In this document: positions 8,611-17,787 of the stretch, piece after piece
Layout of the letters: every line of letters begins with the position of its first letter
Position numbering within the stretch: position 1 is the stretch's first letter
DNA from: Sulfurimonas sp.
GTDB taxonomy: Bacteria > Campylobacterota > Campylobacteria > Campylobacterales > Sulfurimonadaceae
DNA: 64,000 bases
NCBI GenBank assembly: GCA_027019325.1
Contig: JALUWT010000018.1
Location: 1,296 to 65,295, forward strand
Direction: 5' to 3'
The notes under the pieces: model-generated
What the model saw: the letters and a program-made list of their open reading frames with translations, nothing else
Databases searched by the model: none
Told to the model about the DNA's origin: nothing
Translations under genes and position numbers: made by a program

Positions 8611-10860
8611 TTGATGATGCAAAAAACAATTAACTTTACAATAGACGGCAAAAACGTAACAGCACAAAAAGGGGAAACAATCCTGCAGGCTGCACGTAAA
8701 AATGGTCTCTATATTCCTACTATGTGCTATATTTCAAAAACTTCTCCTTGTGCATCATGTAGAATCTGTTCTGTTGAAGTTGAAGGTGTAGATGGATTTA
8801 TTCTTTCATGTAATACGCCTCCGACTGAAGGCATAACAGTAAAAACAAACTCACATGAGCTTGAGCGTGAACGTCAAAACATTATGAAACTTTATGATGT
8901 AAACCATCCTTTAGAGTGTGGTGTATGTGATAAATCAGGTGAGTGTGACCTGCAAAATATGACTTTAGAGTTTGGTGTGTCACAACAAGATTTTTCGGCC
9001 AAAGATCAGCTCCGCACTGTAAAAGATTGGGGGCTTATCAATTATGACCCTGCGCTTTGCATTATGTGTGAAAAGTGTGTGCATGTGTGTAATGAAGTTA
9101 TCGGTGACGATGCCATTGAAGTAAAATTTGGTGGCTACTCTTCAACAATCATTCCTAAAGATTCAGAAACACTTGACTGTACATTCTGTGGTGAATGTAT
9201 CGCAGTTTGTCCGGTTGGCGCACTTGTGAGTTCTGACTTTAAGTACAGTGCAAATGCATGGGAACTCTCCCGTGTGCCATCAACTTGTGCACACTGTTCG
9301 GCAGGATGTTCTTTAGAGTATGAGACACGTCACTCCGGTATTAACAGCGGTGCAAGCATCTATAGAGTGAAAAACAACTATGAATTTGCATCTCTTTGTG
9401 GCGCAGGACGTTTTGGATTTGATTTTGACACGCAAGCAACAAAAGAGGAAGCAAAACTTTCTGAGGCAGTTGTAAAGATTCAAAATGCCCAAGCGATTCG
9501 CTTCTCTTCTATGATTACAAATGAAGAAGCATACATTTTAAATGCACTCAAATCGAAACTTGGTCTGAAACTCTTCAATGAAGATGCTAGACTTTATGGC
9601 TCGTTTATGAATGCTTATGCTTCTGTAAGTGGCAAGCTTCACGCAAGTGCAACACTTGAAGGCTTGAAACAGGCAGATGCAGTCATTGTTATCGGTACGA
9701 GAATAGCAACAGACAATCCGGGTGTGCGTTATGCTTTAACAACAGCGGCACGTCATAACGGCGCAAAAATTGTCTATGCGCATCCTATGGAAGATGCACT
9801 CCTGAAAAATACAGTGACACAGTTTATGAAGTATGAAGCAGGCTCTGAAGAGGGTGTTATGGCGCTTCTTACGAAAGAACTGCTCAAAAACAGTGATGTT
9901 GATGAAGAGACAGCAGCATTTTTGGATGATTTAGATCTGGGTTACTTGGAAGCTGAAAGTAATGTCGGTGATGATGAACTCTCTTTTATGAGCAGATCAT
10001 TTATGCGTTCACAGAACAAGGTGCTCGTAGTCGGTAGCGATATGTTCGCGCACGCAAGAGCTAAAAATATTGCAAAATTGGCAGCAACGATTGAGAAATA
10101 TACAGATTTTTCACTCCTTGTAGTTCCAAATGAAGTCAATACCATCGGTGCTTCACTGATCTGTGATTTAGAGACTGATGAAAATTTAAGTAATGTAGTG
10201 GCTTATAATGCGCAGGGAGACTATATAATATCGGCTTTAGAAAATGCTGATATGAAAGTTCCTGCACTTAATCAGCAAGAGGGAACCGTTGTAAGCATTG
10301 ATAATCGTGTTTTACCATTGAATGCGGCACTCGGTTTTGATGGTTATGAGTTGAATGATATTGCGCAAGCACTTGATATTGAGAGTGAAAACACGATTAA
10401 TTATACAGCAAAATTACCACAAGAAGCTGGTTTTAAAGCTCTGGAGTTCGATGCACTTGAAAATTTCCTTGGGGAATTTGGTGAAGATGAACGCGGATAC
10501 CTGCTTGATGAAGTAAGGTGCACGATGGATGGCAGACTCGAAGAAGTTGCCGATCTTCCAGAGTATAACGGTACGGTTATCTATCAGGCAAATCCGGTAC
10601 TGCAGTTTAACAGCTTTACGAATGTTACAAAACAGTTAGAGCGAGACACAACACTCAGAGGTTCTGCACAGTTTGCAGCAGCAGCGAGGCTTAGTGACGG
10701 CGATGAGATTGAAATCAGTCTTGGAGCCACAACACAAAGAAGAGTCTTTAAGCTTGATGATGAGTTAAAAGGAACGATTGCCCTTAACCCTACCTTTGAC
10801 AGTGGGTATGATTATGGCAGTTACAGATTTCTTAAATCCAAAATAGTGAGAGTAGTATAA
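8611..10860 (+). CDS. nuoG: NuoG-like FeS subunit, paralogue 1
   Basis: [2Fe-2S] Cys set; HPLECGVCDKSGEC; CIMCEKCVHVC and CTFCGECIAVCP; CAHCSAGC...C; molybdopterin-oxidoreductase-like C-terminus. Confidence 0.85.
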   Translation: MMMQKTINFTIDGKNVTAQKGETILQAARKNGLYIPTMCYISKTSPCASCRICSVEVEGVDGFILSCNTPPTEGITVKTNSHELERERQNIMKLYDVNHPLECGVCDKSGECDLQNMTLEFGVSQQDFSAKDQLRTVKDWGLINYDPALCIMCEKCVHVCNEVIGDDAIEVKFGGYSSTIIPKDSETLDCTFCGECIAVCPVGALVSSDFKYSANAWELSRVPSTCAHCSAGCSLEYETRHSGINSGASIYRVKNNYEFASLCGAGRFGFDFDTQATKEEAKLSEAVVKIQNAQAIRFSSMITNEEAYILNALKSKLGLKLFNEDARLYGSFMNAYASVSGKLHASATLEGLKQADAVIVIGTRIATDNPGVRYALTTAARHNGAKIVYAHPMEDALLKNTVTQFMKYEAGSEEGVMALLTKELLKNSDVDEETAAFLDDLDLGYLEAESNVGDDELSFMSRSFMRSQNKVLVVGSDMFAHARAKNIAKLAATIEKYTDFSLLVVPNEVNTIGASLICDLETDENLSNVVAYNAQGDYIISALENADMKVPALNQQEGTVVSIDNRVLPLNAALGFDGYELNDIAQALDIESENTINYTAKLPQEAGFKALEFDALENFLGEFGEDERGYLLDEVRCTMDGRLEEVADLPEYNGTVIYQANPVLQFNSFTNVTKQLERDTTLRGSAQFAAAARLSDGDEIEISLGATTQRRVFKLDDELKGTIALNPTFDSGYDYGSYRFLKSKIVRVV

Positions 10861-13346
10861 TGAGTAAGATTACTATAAATATTGATGGTAAAGATGTTCA
10901 AACGCAAGAGGGTGAGTATTTACTCAATGCTGCTCGTGCGAATGATATTTTCATACCTGCAATATGTTATTTAACGCGTTGTAGCCCAACGCTTGCTTGT
11001 CGTATATGTCTTGTCGAAGCAGATGGTAAACAGGTATATGCCTGTAATGCCAAAGCAAAAGACGGGATGAACATTACAACAAGTACGGACAATATTGAAA
11101 AAGAGCGCCGTGCTATCATGGAAGTATATGATGTTAATCATCCACTTCAGTGTGGTGTATGTGATCAATCCGGAGAGTGTGAGCTTCAAAACTATACACT
11201 GCATATTGGTGTAGATTCACAAAGCTATACGATTAAAGATGTAGAGAGAAGTTCTCATGATTGGGGACACCTCCATTATGATCCGGGTCTCTGTATCGTT
11301 TGTGAGCGTTGTGTGACTGCATGTAAAGATATGATTGGGGACAATTCACTCAAGACTATTCCTCGTGGTGCAGATGCCATTGATGCTGAGTTTAAAGAGA
11401 GTATGCCAAAAGACTCTTATGCAATGTGGAATAAACTCAACAAATCGCTCATCGGGCTTACAAACGGAACAGATGTTCTTGATTGTACCTCTTGTGGTGA
11501 GTGTGCGGCAGTTTGTCCTGTTGGTGCTCTTGTTGATACTCACTTTATGTATAAATCAAATGCATGGGAACTGAAGCAGGTTCCTGCTACTTGTGGACAC
11601 TGTTCAGCGGGATGTCAAATCTCTTATGATGTCAAACATGCAAGCATTGAAAATCCGGAAGATAAGATCTACCGCGTAATGAATGAGTGGAATTATGTCT
11701 CACTTTGTGGTGCGGGTCGTTACGGATTTGATTATCAAAATGCAGATGCCTCAAAAGATGAAGTGGCATTCAATGCGGCTGTTGCAGCATTCAAAAAAGC
11801 GGACACGATTGCATTTACTTCGACTATTACAAACGAAGAGGTGTATCTGCTGCAGTCAATGAAAGAGAAGTTTGGCTATAAGCTTGTCAATCCTGAAGCA
11901 AAAGCATTCCAGACATTTTTGAATGATTACTCAGAAATAAGCGGCAAAAAACTTTATGGAAGTGATTTAGAACGTGTTCATACGACAAATTTTATTGTTT
12001 CTATCGGTGCAGCATTAAAGTCTGACAATCCAAATGCACGCTATGCTCTGAACAACTCTCTCACTGTCAGTAAAGGTGCAGGACTCTATTTTCATCCAGT
12101 GAAAGATCCTATTATAGAAGGTCTTGGAAAATCTATTATGACAGTGCAGCATGCACCGCTTCAAGAAGAGACAGCACTCTACCTGTTGCTTGATCTTTTT
12201 GCTGACAAAGAGAAACTTCCTGCTGATATTGTCAGCTATTTGGCATCATTTCACTCTACAAAAACTATTGAAGTTGAAGAGGTAGTCAAAGAGAAAGTTG
12301 TTGAAATCGTTAAAGAGATGAAACTCAACGAAGAGACAGGCGAAGAGGAAGAAGTTGAAGTAGAAAAATCAAAAATGGTTTCAACGAAAGTGAAAAAAGA
12401 GGTCGTTGTCGATGATAACAAACTTTTAGAACTTCTTGGCTGTGATGATAAATTTATGGAAATTTTAGAGAAAAATCTCAAGAAAAAAGAGACATATGCA
12501 TTGATGGTCGGACCTGATCTCTATACGCATCCAAACTCTAAAAACCTTGCACGTTTGACTGCTTTGGTTGAGAAATACTCTGTCTTTGAGCTTGTTATGA
12601 TTCCATCACTTACAAATACACTTGGAGTAAGCCTCATCTGTGAGCTTGATGATGCAAGAGGTGATTACACTGTTGCTTATAATACGGATGGAGATTTTGT
12701 TCTCTCTGGACTTGGTGAGGGTGATCTGGATATGCCGGCAATCAATCAGCAAGAGGGAACATTAACATCTGTTAACAAAAGAGTAAACCCTACAAATGCC
12801 GCTATTTCATATAAAGGGTATGAACTTAATGACATTGCAAACGCTTTAGGATTTGAAGCACAAAATGTTATTGACTACACTGTAAAACTTCCTACAGCAG
12901 TTGGATTTAAGCACGAGGAGTTTGATAATCTGCCAAACCATTATGAAAATGATGGCACAGAGATGCGCGGTTATGTGTTAGAAAATGTAGCAGTTTCTCC
13001 GTCTGGCGATGAAAGTGTTGCTCAATTCAGCGATGCTAAGCTTGAAGGTAGTATAATTTACTTAGCAAATCCTGTGAGACAATTCAGTGGATTTACCTAT
13101 AAAGCAACTGAGCTTGACGAGGTGAGTGGTATTTATATGAGTGAAGAGTTCTTATCAAATTCTGACTTCAGTGAAGGCGATAGTGTGAAAATAACAACTG
13201 ACAATGGTACGCTTACAGCTAACATTGTCAGTGACAACAAAATTGAAGGCTCAATTGTAGTACTGCCTACTTTTGATAAAAATCTAAATTCAGAGGCTCT
13301 CTTTAGTGGTTACCGCTTTAGTGCAGCTTCGATAGAAAAGGTGTAA
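10860..13346 (+). CDS. nuoG: NADH-quinone oxidoreductase subunit G, paralogue 2 (Campylobacter-type with acidic insertion)
   Basis: Same FeS motifs (HPLQCGVCDQSGEC, CIVCERCVTAC, CTSCGECAAVCP, CGHCSAGC); lies directly before nuoH. Confidence 0.92.
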   Translation: MSKITINIDGKDVQTQEGEYLLNAARANDIFIPAICYLTRCSPTLACRICLVEADGKQVYACNAKAKDGMNITTSTDNIEKERRAIMEVYDVNHPLQCGVCDQSGECELQNYTLHIGVDSQSYTIKDVERSSHDWGHLHYDPGLCIVCERCVTACKDMIGDNSLKTIPRGADAIDAEFKESMPKDSYAMWNKLNKSLIGLTNGTDVLDCTSCGECAAVCPVGALVDTHFMYKSNAWELKQVPATCGHCSAGCQISYDVKHASIENPEDKIYRVMNEWNYVSLCGAGRYGFDYQNADASKDEVAFNAAVAAFKKADTIAFTSTITNEEVYLLQSMKEKFGYKLVNPEAKAFQTFLNDYSEISGKKLYGSDLERVHTTNFIVSIGAALKSDNPNARYALNNSLTVSKGAGLYFHPVKDPIIEGLGKSIMTVQHAPLQEETALYLLLDLFADKEKLPADIVSYLASFHSTKTIEVEEVVKEKVVEIVKEMKLNEETGEEEEVEVEKSKMVSTKVKKEVVVDDNKLLELLGCDDKFMEILEKNLKKKETYALMVGPDLYTHPNSKNLARLTALVEKYSVFELVMIPSLTNTLGVSLICELDDARGDYTVAYNTDGDFVLSGLGEGDLDMPAINQQEGTLTSVNKRVNPTNAAISYKGYELNDIANALGFEAQNVIDYTVKLPTAVGFKHEEFDNLPNHYENDGTEMRGYVLENVAVSPSGDESVAQFSDAKLEGSIIYLANPVRQFSGFTYKATELDEVSGIYMSEEFLSNSDFSEGDSVKITTDNGTLTANIVSDNKIEGSIVVLPTFDKNLNSEALFSGYRFSAASIEKV

Positions 13347-13349
13347 TAT

Positions 13350-14339
13350 ATGGATACAGCATATTTAATTGAAACGATAATCAAAGTCGTTGTTATTCTA
13401 CTTATATTTTCAGCATTAGCTGGTATTGGTACATACTTTGAGCGTAAGATACTTGCATTTATGCAGCGTCGTCTTGGGCCAATGAATGTTGGACCGTACG
13501 GACTCCTACAAGTTGCTGCGGATGGTGTTAAACTCTTTACAAAAGAGGATATTATCCCGACAAATGTTGTTGGTCCTATCTTTAAACTTGCACCTGTAAT
13601 TACAGCTGCAACTGCATTTATGGCTGCTGCTGCGATTCCATTTTTACCACCATTTGAGATTTTTGGATACGAAGTACATCCAATTGTTGCAGATGTAAAC
13701 ATTGGTATTCTCTATATTTTAGGCCTAATGGCAATTGGTCTTTATGGACCAATGCTTGGTGGTATGGCTTCTGCAAATAAATTTTCATTGATTTCAGCTG
13801 CGCGTACTGCTGCAGTATTTATCTCATATGAAGTTGTGAGCGGATTATCACTGCTTGCGCCTATTATGATGGTTGGTTCACTCTCTTTGATTGATTTTAA
13901 TAATTATCAGGCAGGTGGTATCAGTAGTTGGATCGTATGGTCACAGCCTGTGGCATTTATTCTTTTTTGGATTTCTGCTTTTGCTGAAACTGGGCGTACA
14001 CCATTTCACCTTATTGCAAATGATCATGAGATTATCGATGGTTTTGGTACAGAGTACTCTGGTATGAGATGGGGTCTATTCTTCATCGGTGAGTATGCAA
14101 ATATGTTCTTTATCTCATTTGTAATTCCTTTGATTTTCTTAGGCGGTTACGGTGACGGTTCTTTACTTGGAGCACTTGGTCTTCTTGGAAAAATGGCATT
14201 CTTCTTCTTCTTCTTTTTATGGACAAGAGCGGCATGGCCAGATGTGAGACCTGACCAACTTATGTGGTTGTGTTGGAAAGTACTTATGCCAATAGCAGTG
14301 ATTAATGTTGTAATCACTGGCTTTGTGATGATGTTTTAA
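13350..14339 (+). CDS. nuoH: NADH-quinone oxidoreductase subunit H
   Basis: ERK..AFMQRRLGP, ADGVKLFTKE, AETGRTPF, EYSGMRW. Confidence 0.97.
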   Translation: MDTAYLIETIIKVVVILLIFSALAGIGTYFERKILAFMQRRLGPMNVGPYGLLQVAADGVKLFTKEDIIPTNVVGPIFKLAPVITAATAFMAAAAIPFLPPFEIFGYEVHPIVADVNIGILYILGLMAIGLYGPMLGGMASANKFSLISAARTAAVFISYEVVSGLSLLAPIMMVGSLSLIDFNNYQAGGISSWIVWSQPVAFILFWISAFAETGRTPFHLIANDHEIIDGFGTEYSGMRWGLFFIGEYANMFFISFVIPLIFLGGYGDGSLLGALGLLGKMAFFFFFFLWTRAAWPDVRPDQLMWLCWKVLMPIAVINVVITGFVMMF

Positions 14340-14349
14340 GGGGATATGA

Positions 14350-14967
14350 ATGAAAATGGAAGCATTTAATGACAGAAATGTAGCAGATAACGGTTACTTT
14401 CTTGTAGATATTGAAGATTATCCTACTGATGGTTGGGGTAAGTTTAAGCGTATAGTAAGAAGAACTTTTAAAGGGGAACTTTTTGTAGGATTGTGGGTAG
14501 TGATGCGTGAGATGTTTAGATTTGACATCCACACTATTCAGTACCCTCAAGAGAAGATGCCTATCGGTCCGAGATACCGTGCTGTGCATCAAATGAAAAG
14601 ACTTTGGGAGTCTGATACTGAGAGATGTATCGGTTGTGGACTTTGTGAAAAGATCTGTATCTCTGACTGTATTAGAATGGACACAAAGATTGATGAAAAC
14701 TCTCGTAAAGAAGTTACAGAGTATACGATTAATCTTGGTCGTTGTATCTTTTGTGGTTACTGTGCAGAAGTATGTCCGGAGCTTGCAATTACTCACGGCG
14801 GTGAGTATGAAAATGCATCAGATCAAAGAGAGCACTTCCTGCTTTTTGAAGATATGTTGACACCGATTGACACCATGAAAGCCGGAGCTCAGTTAGAGTT
14901 TGAAGGTTTTGGTGCAATCACACCACATGAAGACGAGCGTGTTAAAAAAACACCTCTGGCATATTAA
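14350..14967 (+). CDS. nuoI: NADH-quinone oxidoreductase subunit I
   Basis: Two CxxCxxCxxxC motifs (RCIGCGLCEKIC, RCIFCGYCAEVCP). Confidence 0.97.
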   Translation: MKMEAFNDRNVADNGYFLVDIEDYPTDGWGKFKRIVRRTFKGELFVGLWVVMREMFRFDIHTIQYPQEKMPIGPRYRAVHQMKRLWESDTERCIGCGLCEKICISDCIRMDTKIDENSRKEVTEYTINLGRCIFCGYCAEVCPELAITHGGEYENASDQREHFLLFEDMLTPIDTMKAGAQLEFEGFGAITPHEDERVKKTPLAY

Positions 14968-14979
14968 GGAGTATGGACT

Positions 14980-15552
14980 ATGTTTGAAGCAATAGCGTTT
15001 TACTTGTTTGCATTTTTAACGATTGCGATGTTTTTCATAACAGTGACAACATCACAAGCGTTATATGCATTAACTGCATTGGCAGCGGGAATGATTTTTA
15101 TATCGGCATTTTTCTTTATCCTTGGTGCTGATTTCTTAGGTGCGGTACAAATTATCGTCTACACGGGTGCTGTAATGGCTCTGTATGCTTTTGGTATGAT
15201 GTTTTTCGACACAACGCGTGCAGTAAAAGAGAAGCATGGAAACAAATATATTATTGTGGGACTTTCAACTTTAGCAGCAGTTTTGGTTGTTTTAATTGTT
15301 GCGGCTCCAATGGTATCAGAAAATATTGTTGCGCTTTATCCTGCCATTGACGGTATTGGTAATACACAAATGGTTGGAGTGGTACTTTTTACAAAATATC
15401 TTATTCCATTTGAAGTGGCAGCAGTTATGTTACTTGTTGCAATGATTGCAGGCATTGTTCTTGCAGGTAAGAAAATGGATGTCTCTCTTACACTTATGAA
15501 TTCAGATGAGATTCAAAAGAGTGAAGAAGAAAATAAAAAGGTGCTTTCATGA
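14980..15552 (+). CDS. nuoJ: NADH-quinone oxidoreductase subunit J
   Basis: QIIVYTGAVM and PFEVAAVMLLVAMIAGI; hydrophobic. Confidence 0.95.
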   Translation: MFEAIAFYLFAFLTIAMFFITVTTSQALYALTALAAGMIFISAFFFILGADFLGAVQIIVYTGAVMALYAFGMMFFDTTRAVKEKHGNKYIIVGLSTLAAVLVVLIVAAPMVSENIVALYPAIDGIGNTQMVGVVLFTKYLIPFEVAAVMLLVAMIAGIVLAGKKMDVSLTLMNSDEIQKSEEENKKVLS

Positions 15553-15857
15553 TGGAAATAGGTTTAAATCATTATCTTGTACTCTCAGCAATCCTGTTTG
15601 CTATAGGTTTACTAGGTGTAATGAGAAGAAAGAACTTACTTTTGTTGTTTTTCGCAACTGAGATTTTACTCAACTCGGTAAATATTGCTTTTGCTGCGAT
15701 TTCACATTACTATGGTGATATGACGGGACAGATGTTTGCATTTTTTGTAATTGCAATCGCTGCATCGGAAGTTGCCGTTGGACTGGGTCTTTTAATTGTA
15801 TGGCATAAACGTCATGGAAATATTGACCTAGATAATATGACAAGTATGAGAGGATAA
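15549..15857 (+). CDS. nuoK: NADH-quinone oxidoreductase subunit K
   Basis: EILLN and AASEVAVGL; three TM segments. Confidence 0.96.
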   Translation: MMEIGLNHYLVLSAILFAIGLLGVMRRKNLLLLFFATEILLNSVNIAFAAISHYYGDMTGQMFAFFVIAIAASEVAVGLGLLIVWHKRHGNIDLDNMTSMRG

Positions 15858-15861
15858 GAGA

Positions 15862-17787
15862 ATGGAAAAATATCTATACATTGCACTTTTTGCACCCCTT
15901 GTTAGTTCTCTTTTTGCAGCACTTTTTACTGCTAGGTCAAAGAAACTTTTTACAGGTGTTATCGCTTCATTATTGATTCTTACATCATTTGTAGCAAGTT
16001 CAATTCTTTTGGCATATATTCTAAAGGGTGGTGAACCGGTTCACGTTACAATGATGACTTGGATGGCTACAGGGGATTTATATATTCCTTTTGGTTTTGT
16101 AGTGGATCAGATCTCTGTGACGATGATGATGGTTGTTACTCTGGTTTCAACAGTTGTTCATTTTTATTCAATAGGATATATGGATCACGATAAAGGTTTT
16201 AACCGATTCTTTGCATGGCTTTCTGCTTTCGTATTTTCTATGATGGTTCTTGTTATGAGTGATAATTATGCTGGACTGTTTATTGGATGGGAAGGTGTTG
16301 GTCTTTGTTCCTGGGGACTTATTGGTTTTTGGTTTCACAAAGAGAGTGCAACGTGGGCAGCGAATGAAGCGTTCATAATGAACCGTATTGCTGACCTTGG
16401 AATGCTTATCGGAATCTTTTTAGTGTACTGGAACACAGGTACACTTCAGTATGATGAAGCATTCGCAGTAATGCCTTCACTTGATACTGCAACACTGACA
16501 TGGATGGGAATTTTCCTCTTTATTGGTGCTATGGGTAAATCAGCACAGTTTCCACTCCATACATGGCTTGCAGATGCGATGGAAGGTCCTACTCCTGTAT
16601 CGGCATTAATTCATGCCGCTACAATGGTTACTGCTGGTGTTTATCTTGTTGTGCGTTCAAATGAACTTTACAGTTTAATCCCTCATGTTGGCTTGTTTAT
16701 CGCTTCTCTTGGTACTTTTGTTGCTCTTTTTGCTGCATCAATGGCACTCGTGAATCGTGATATGAAAAGAATTATTGCATATTCTACACTGTCACAACTT
16801 GGTTATATGTTTGCAGCAGCGGGTCTTGGTGCCTACTGGGTTGCACTTTTTCACCTTATGGCACACGCATTCTTTAAAGCATTGTTATTTCTTGGTGCTG
16901 GTAATGTTATGCATGCTATGCATGATGAACTTGATCCGTTTAAAATGGGTGGGCTCAAAAAAGTTATGAAATGGACTTGGATAATGATGACAATTGCTTC
17001 TTTAGCACTTGCTGGAATTTTCCCATTTGCTGGTTTCTTCTCAAAAGATACAATTTTAGAAGCTGCATTTGCGGAGCACCATTTTATCATCTATGGAGTG
17101 CTTCTATTTACAGCGGGCTTAACAGCATTTTACTCATTTAGACTAGTAGCATTAATATTCCATGGTGAAGAACGCTATAAAATATTTGGTATTCATCCGC
17201 ATGAAGCATATAAATTTATGCTTGTGGCTATGAGTCCACTTCTCCTTTTTGCAATTATTGCTGGAGCATTCCAAGCACCTTTTTACATTATGGTTGAAGA
17301 GATACTATCAGCATATGAATATCATATACATTCACATGTAACTATATGGTTTATGTTAGTAGGAACACAGGTATTCGTTGCACTTGCAATATTATATGCA
17401 TATAAAAAATATGCTAATTCAAGAGTTACGGTACCAGACGGCACAAGTGCAGTTGAAAACTCATTTATCTATAAATTACTTTTCAATCAATACTACATTC
17501 CATACTTTTATGAAGAGTATCTAGTAAAACCATATAGAGAGATTTCAGAAGTGTTCTGGACGAAAGTTGATATGAAAATTGTTGATGCAAGCGTCGACGG
17601 CATTGCTAGTATCATCTATGGTACGGGTGAGAAAACAAGAGCAATGCAGAGCGGTAACCTCTCTACAATGTTAAAATGGATGGTAGTAGGTTTGGTTCTA
17701 TTGCTTTCTTTAGCTGTGGTTTTTGGACTTGCAGTAAGATATTCTGATAAAATCATTGCAGTTTTATCAGGTTTAGGAGCTATGTAA
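15862..17787 (+). CDS. nuoL: NADH-quinone oxidoreductase subunit L
   Basis: GKSAQFPLHTWLADAMEGPTPVSALIHAATMV and HAFFKALLFL. Confidence 0.97.
   Translation: MEKYLYIALFAPLVSSLFAALFTARSKKLFTGVIASLLILTSFVASSILLAYILKGGEPVHVTMMTWMATGDLYIPFGFVVDQISVTMMMVVTLVSTVVHFYSIGYMDHDKGFNRFFAWLSAFVFSMMVLVMSDNYAGLFIGWEGVGLCSWGLIGFWFHKESATWAANEAFIMNRIADLGMLIGIFLVYWNTGTLQYDEAFAVMPSLDTATLTWMGIFLFIGAMGKSAQFPLHTWLADAMEGPTPVSALIHAATMVTAGVYLVVRSNELYSLIPHVGLFIASLGTFVALFAASMALVNRDMKRIIAYSTLSQLGYMFAAAGLGAYWVALFHLMAHAFFKALLFLGAGNVMHAMHDELDPFKMGGLKKVMKWTWIMMTIASLALAGIFPFAGFFSKDTILEAAFAEHHFIIYGVLLFTAGLTAFYSFRLVALIFHGEERYKIFGIHPHEAYKFMLVAMSPLLLFAIIAGAFQAPFYIMVEEILSAYEYHIHSHVTIWFMLVGTQVFVALAILYAYKKYANSRVTVPDGTSAVENSFIYKLLFNQYYIPYFYEEYLVKPYREISEVFWTKVDMKIVDASVDGIASIIYGTGEKTRAMQSGNLSTMLKWMVVGLVLLLSLAVVFGLAVRYSDKIIAVLSGLGAM

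Noticed and set aside
8611-13346. nuoG duplication as an assembly artefact or recent tandem repeat
   Set aside because: The copies are strongly diverged with distinct indels, so this is an old paralogy.
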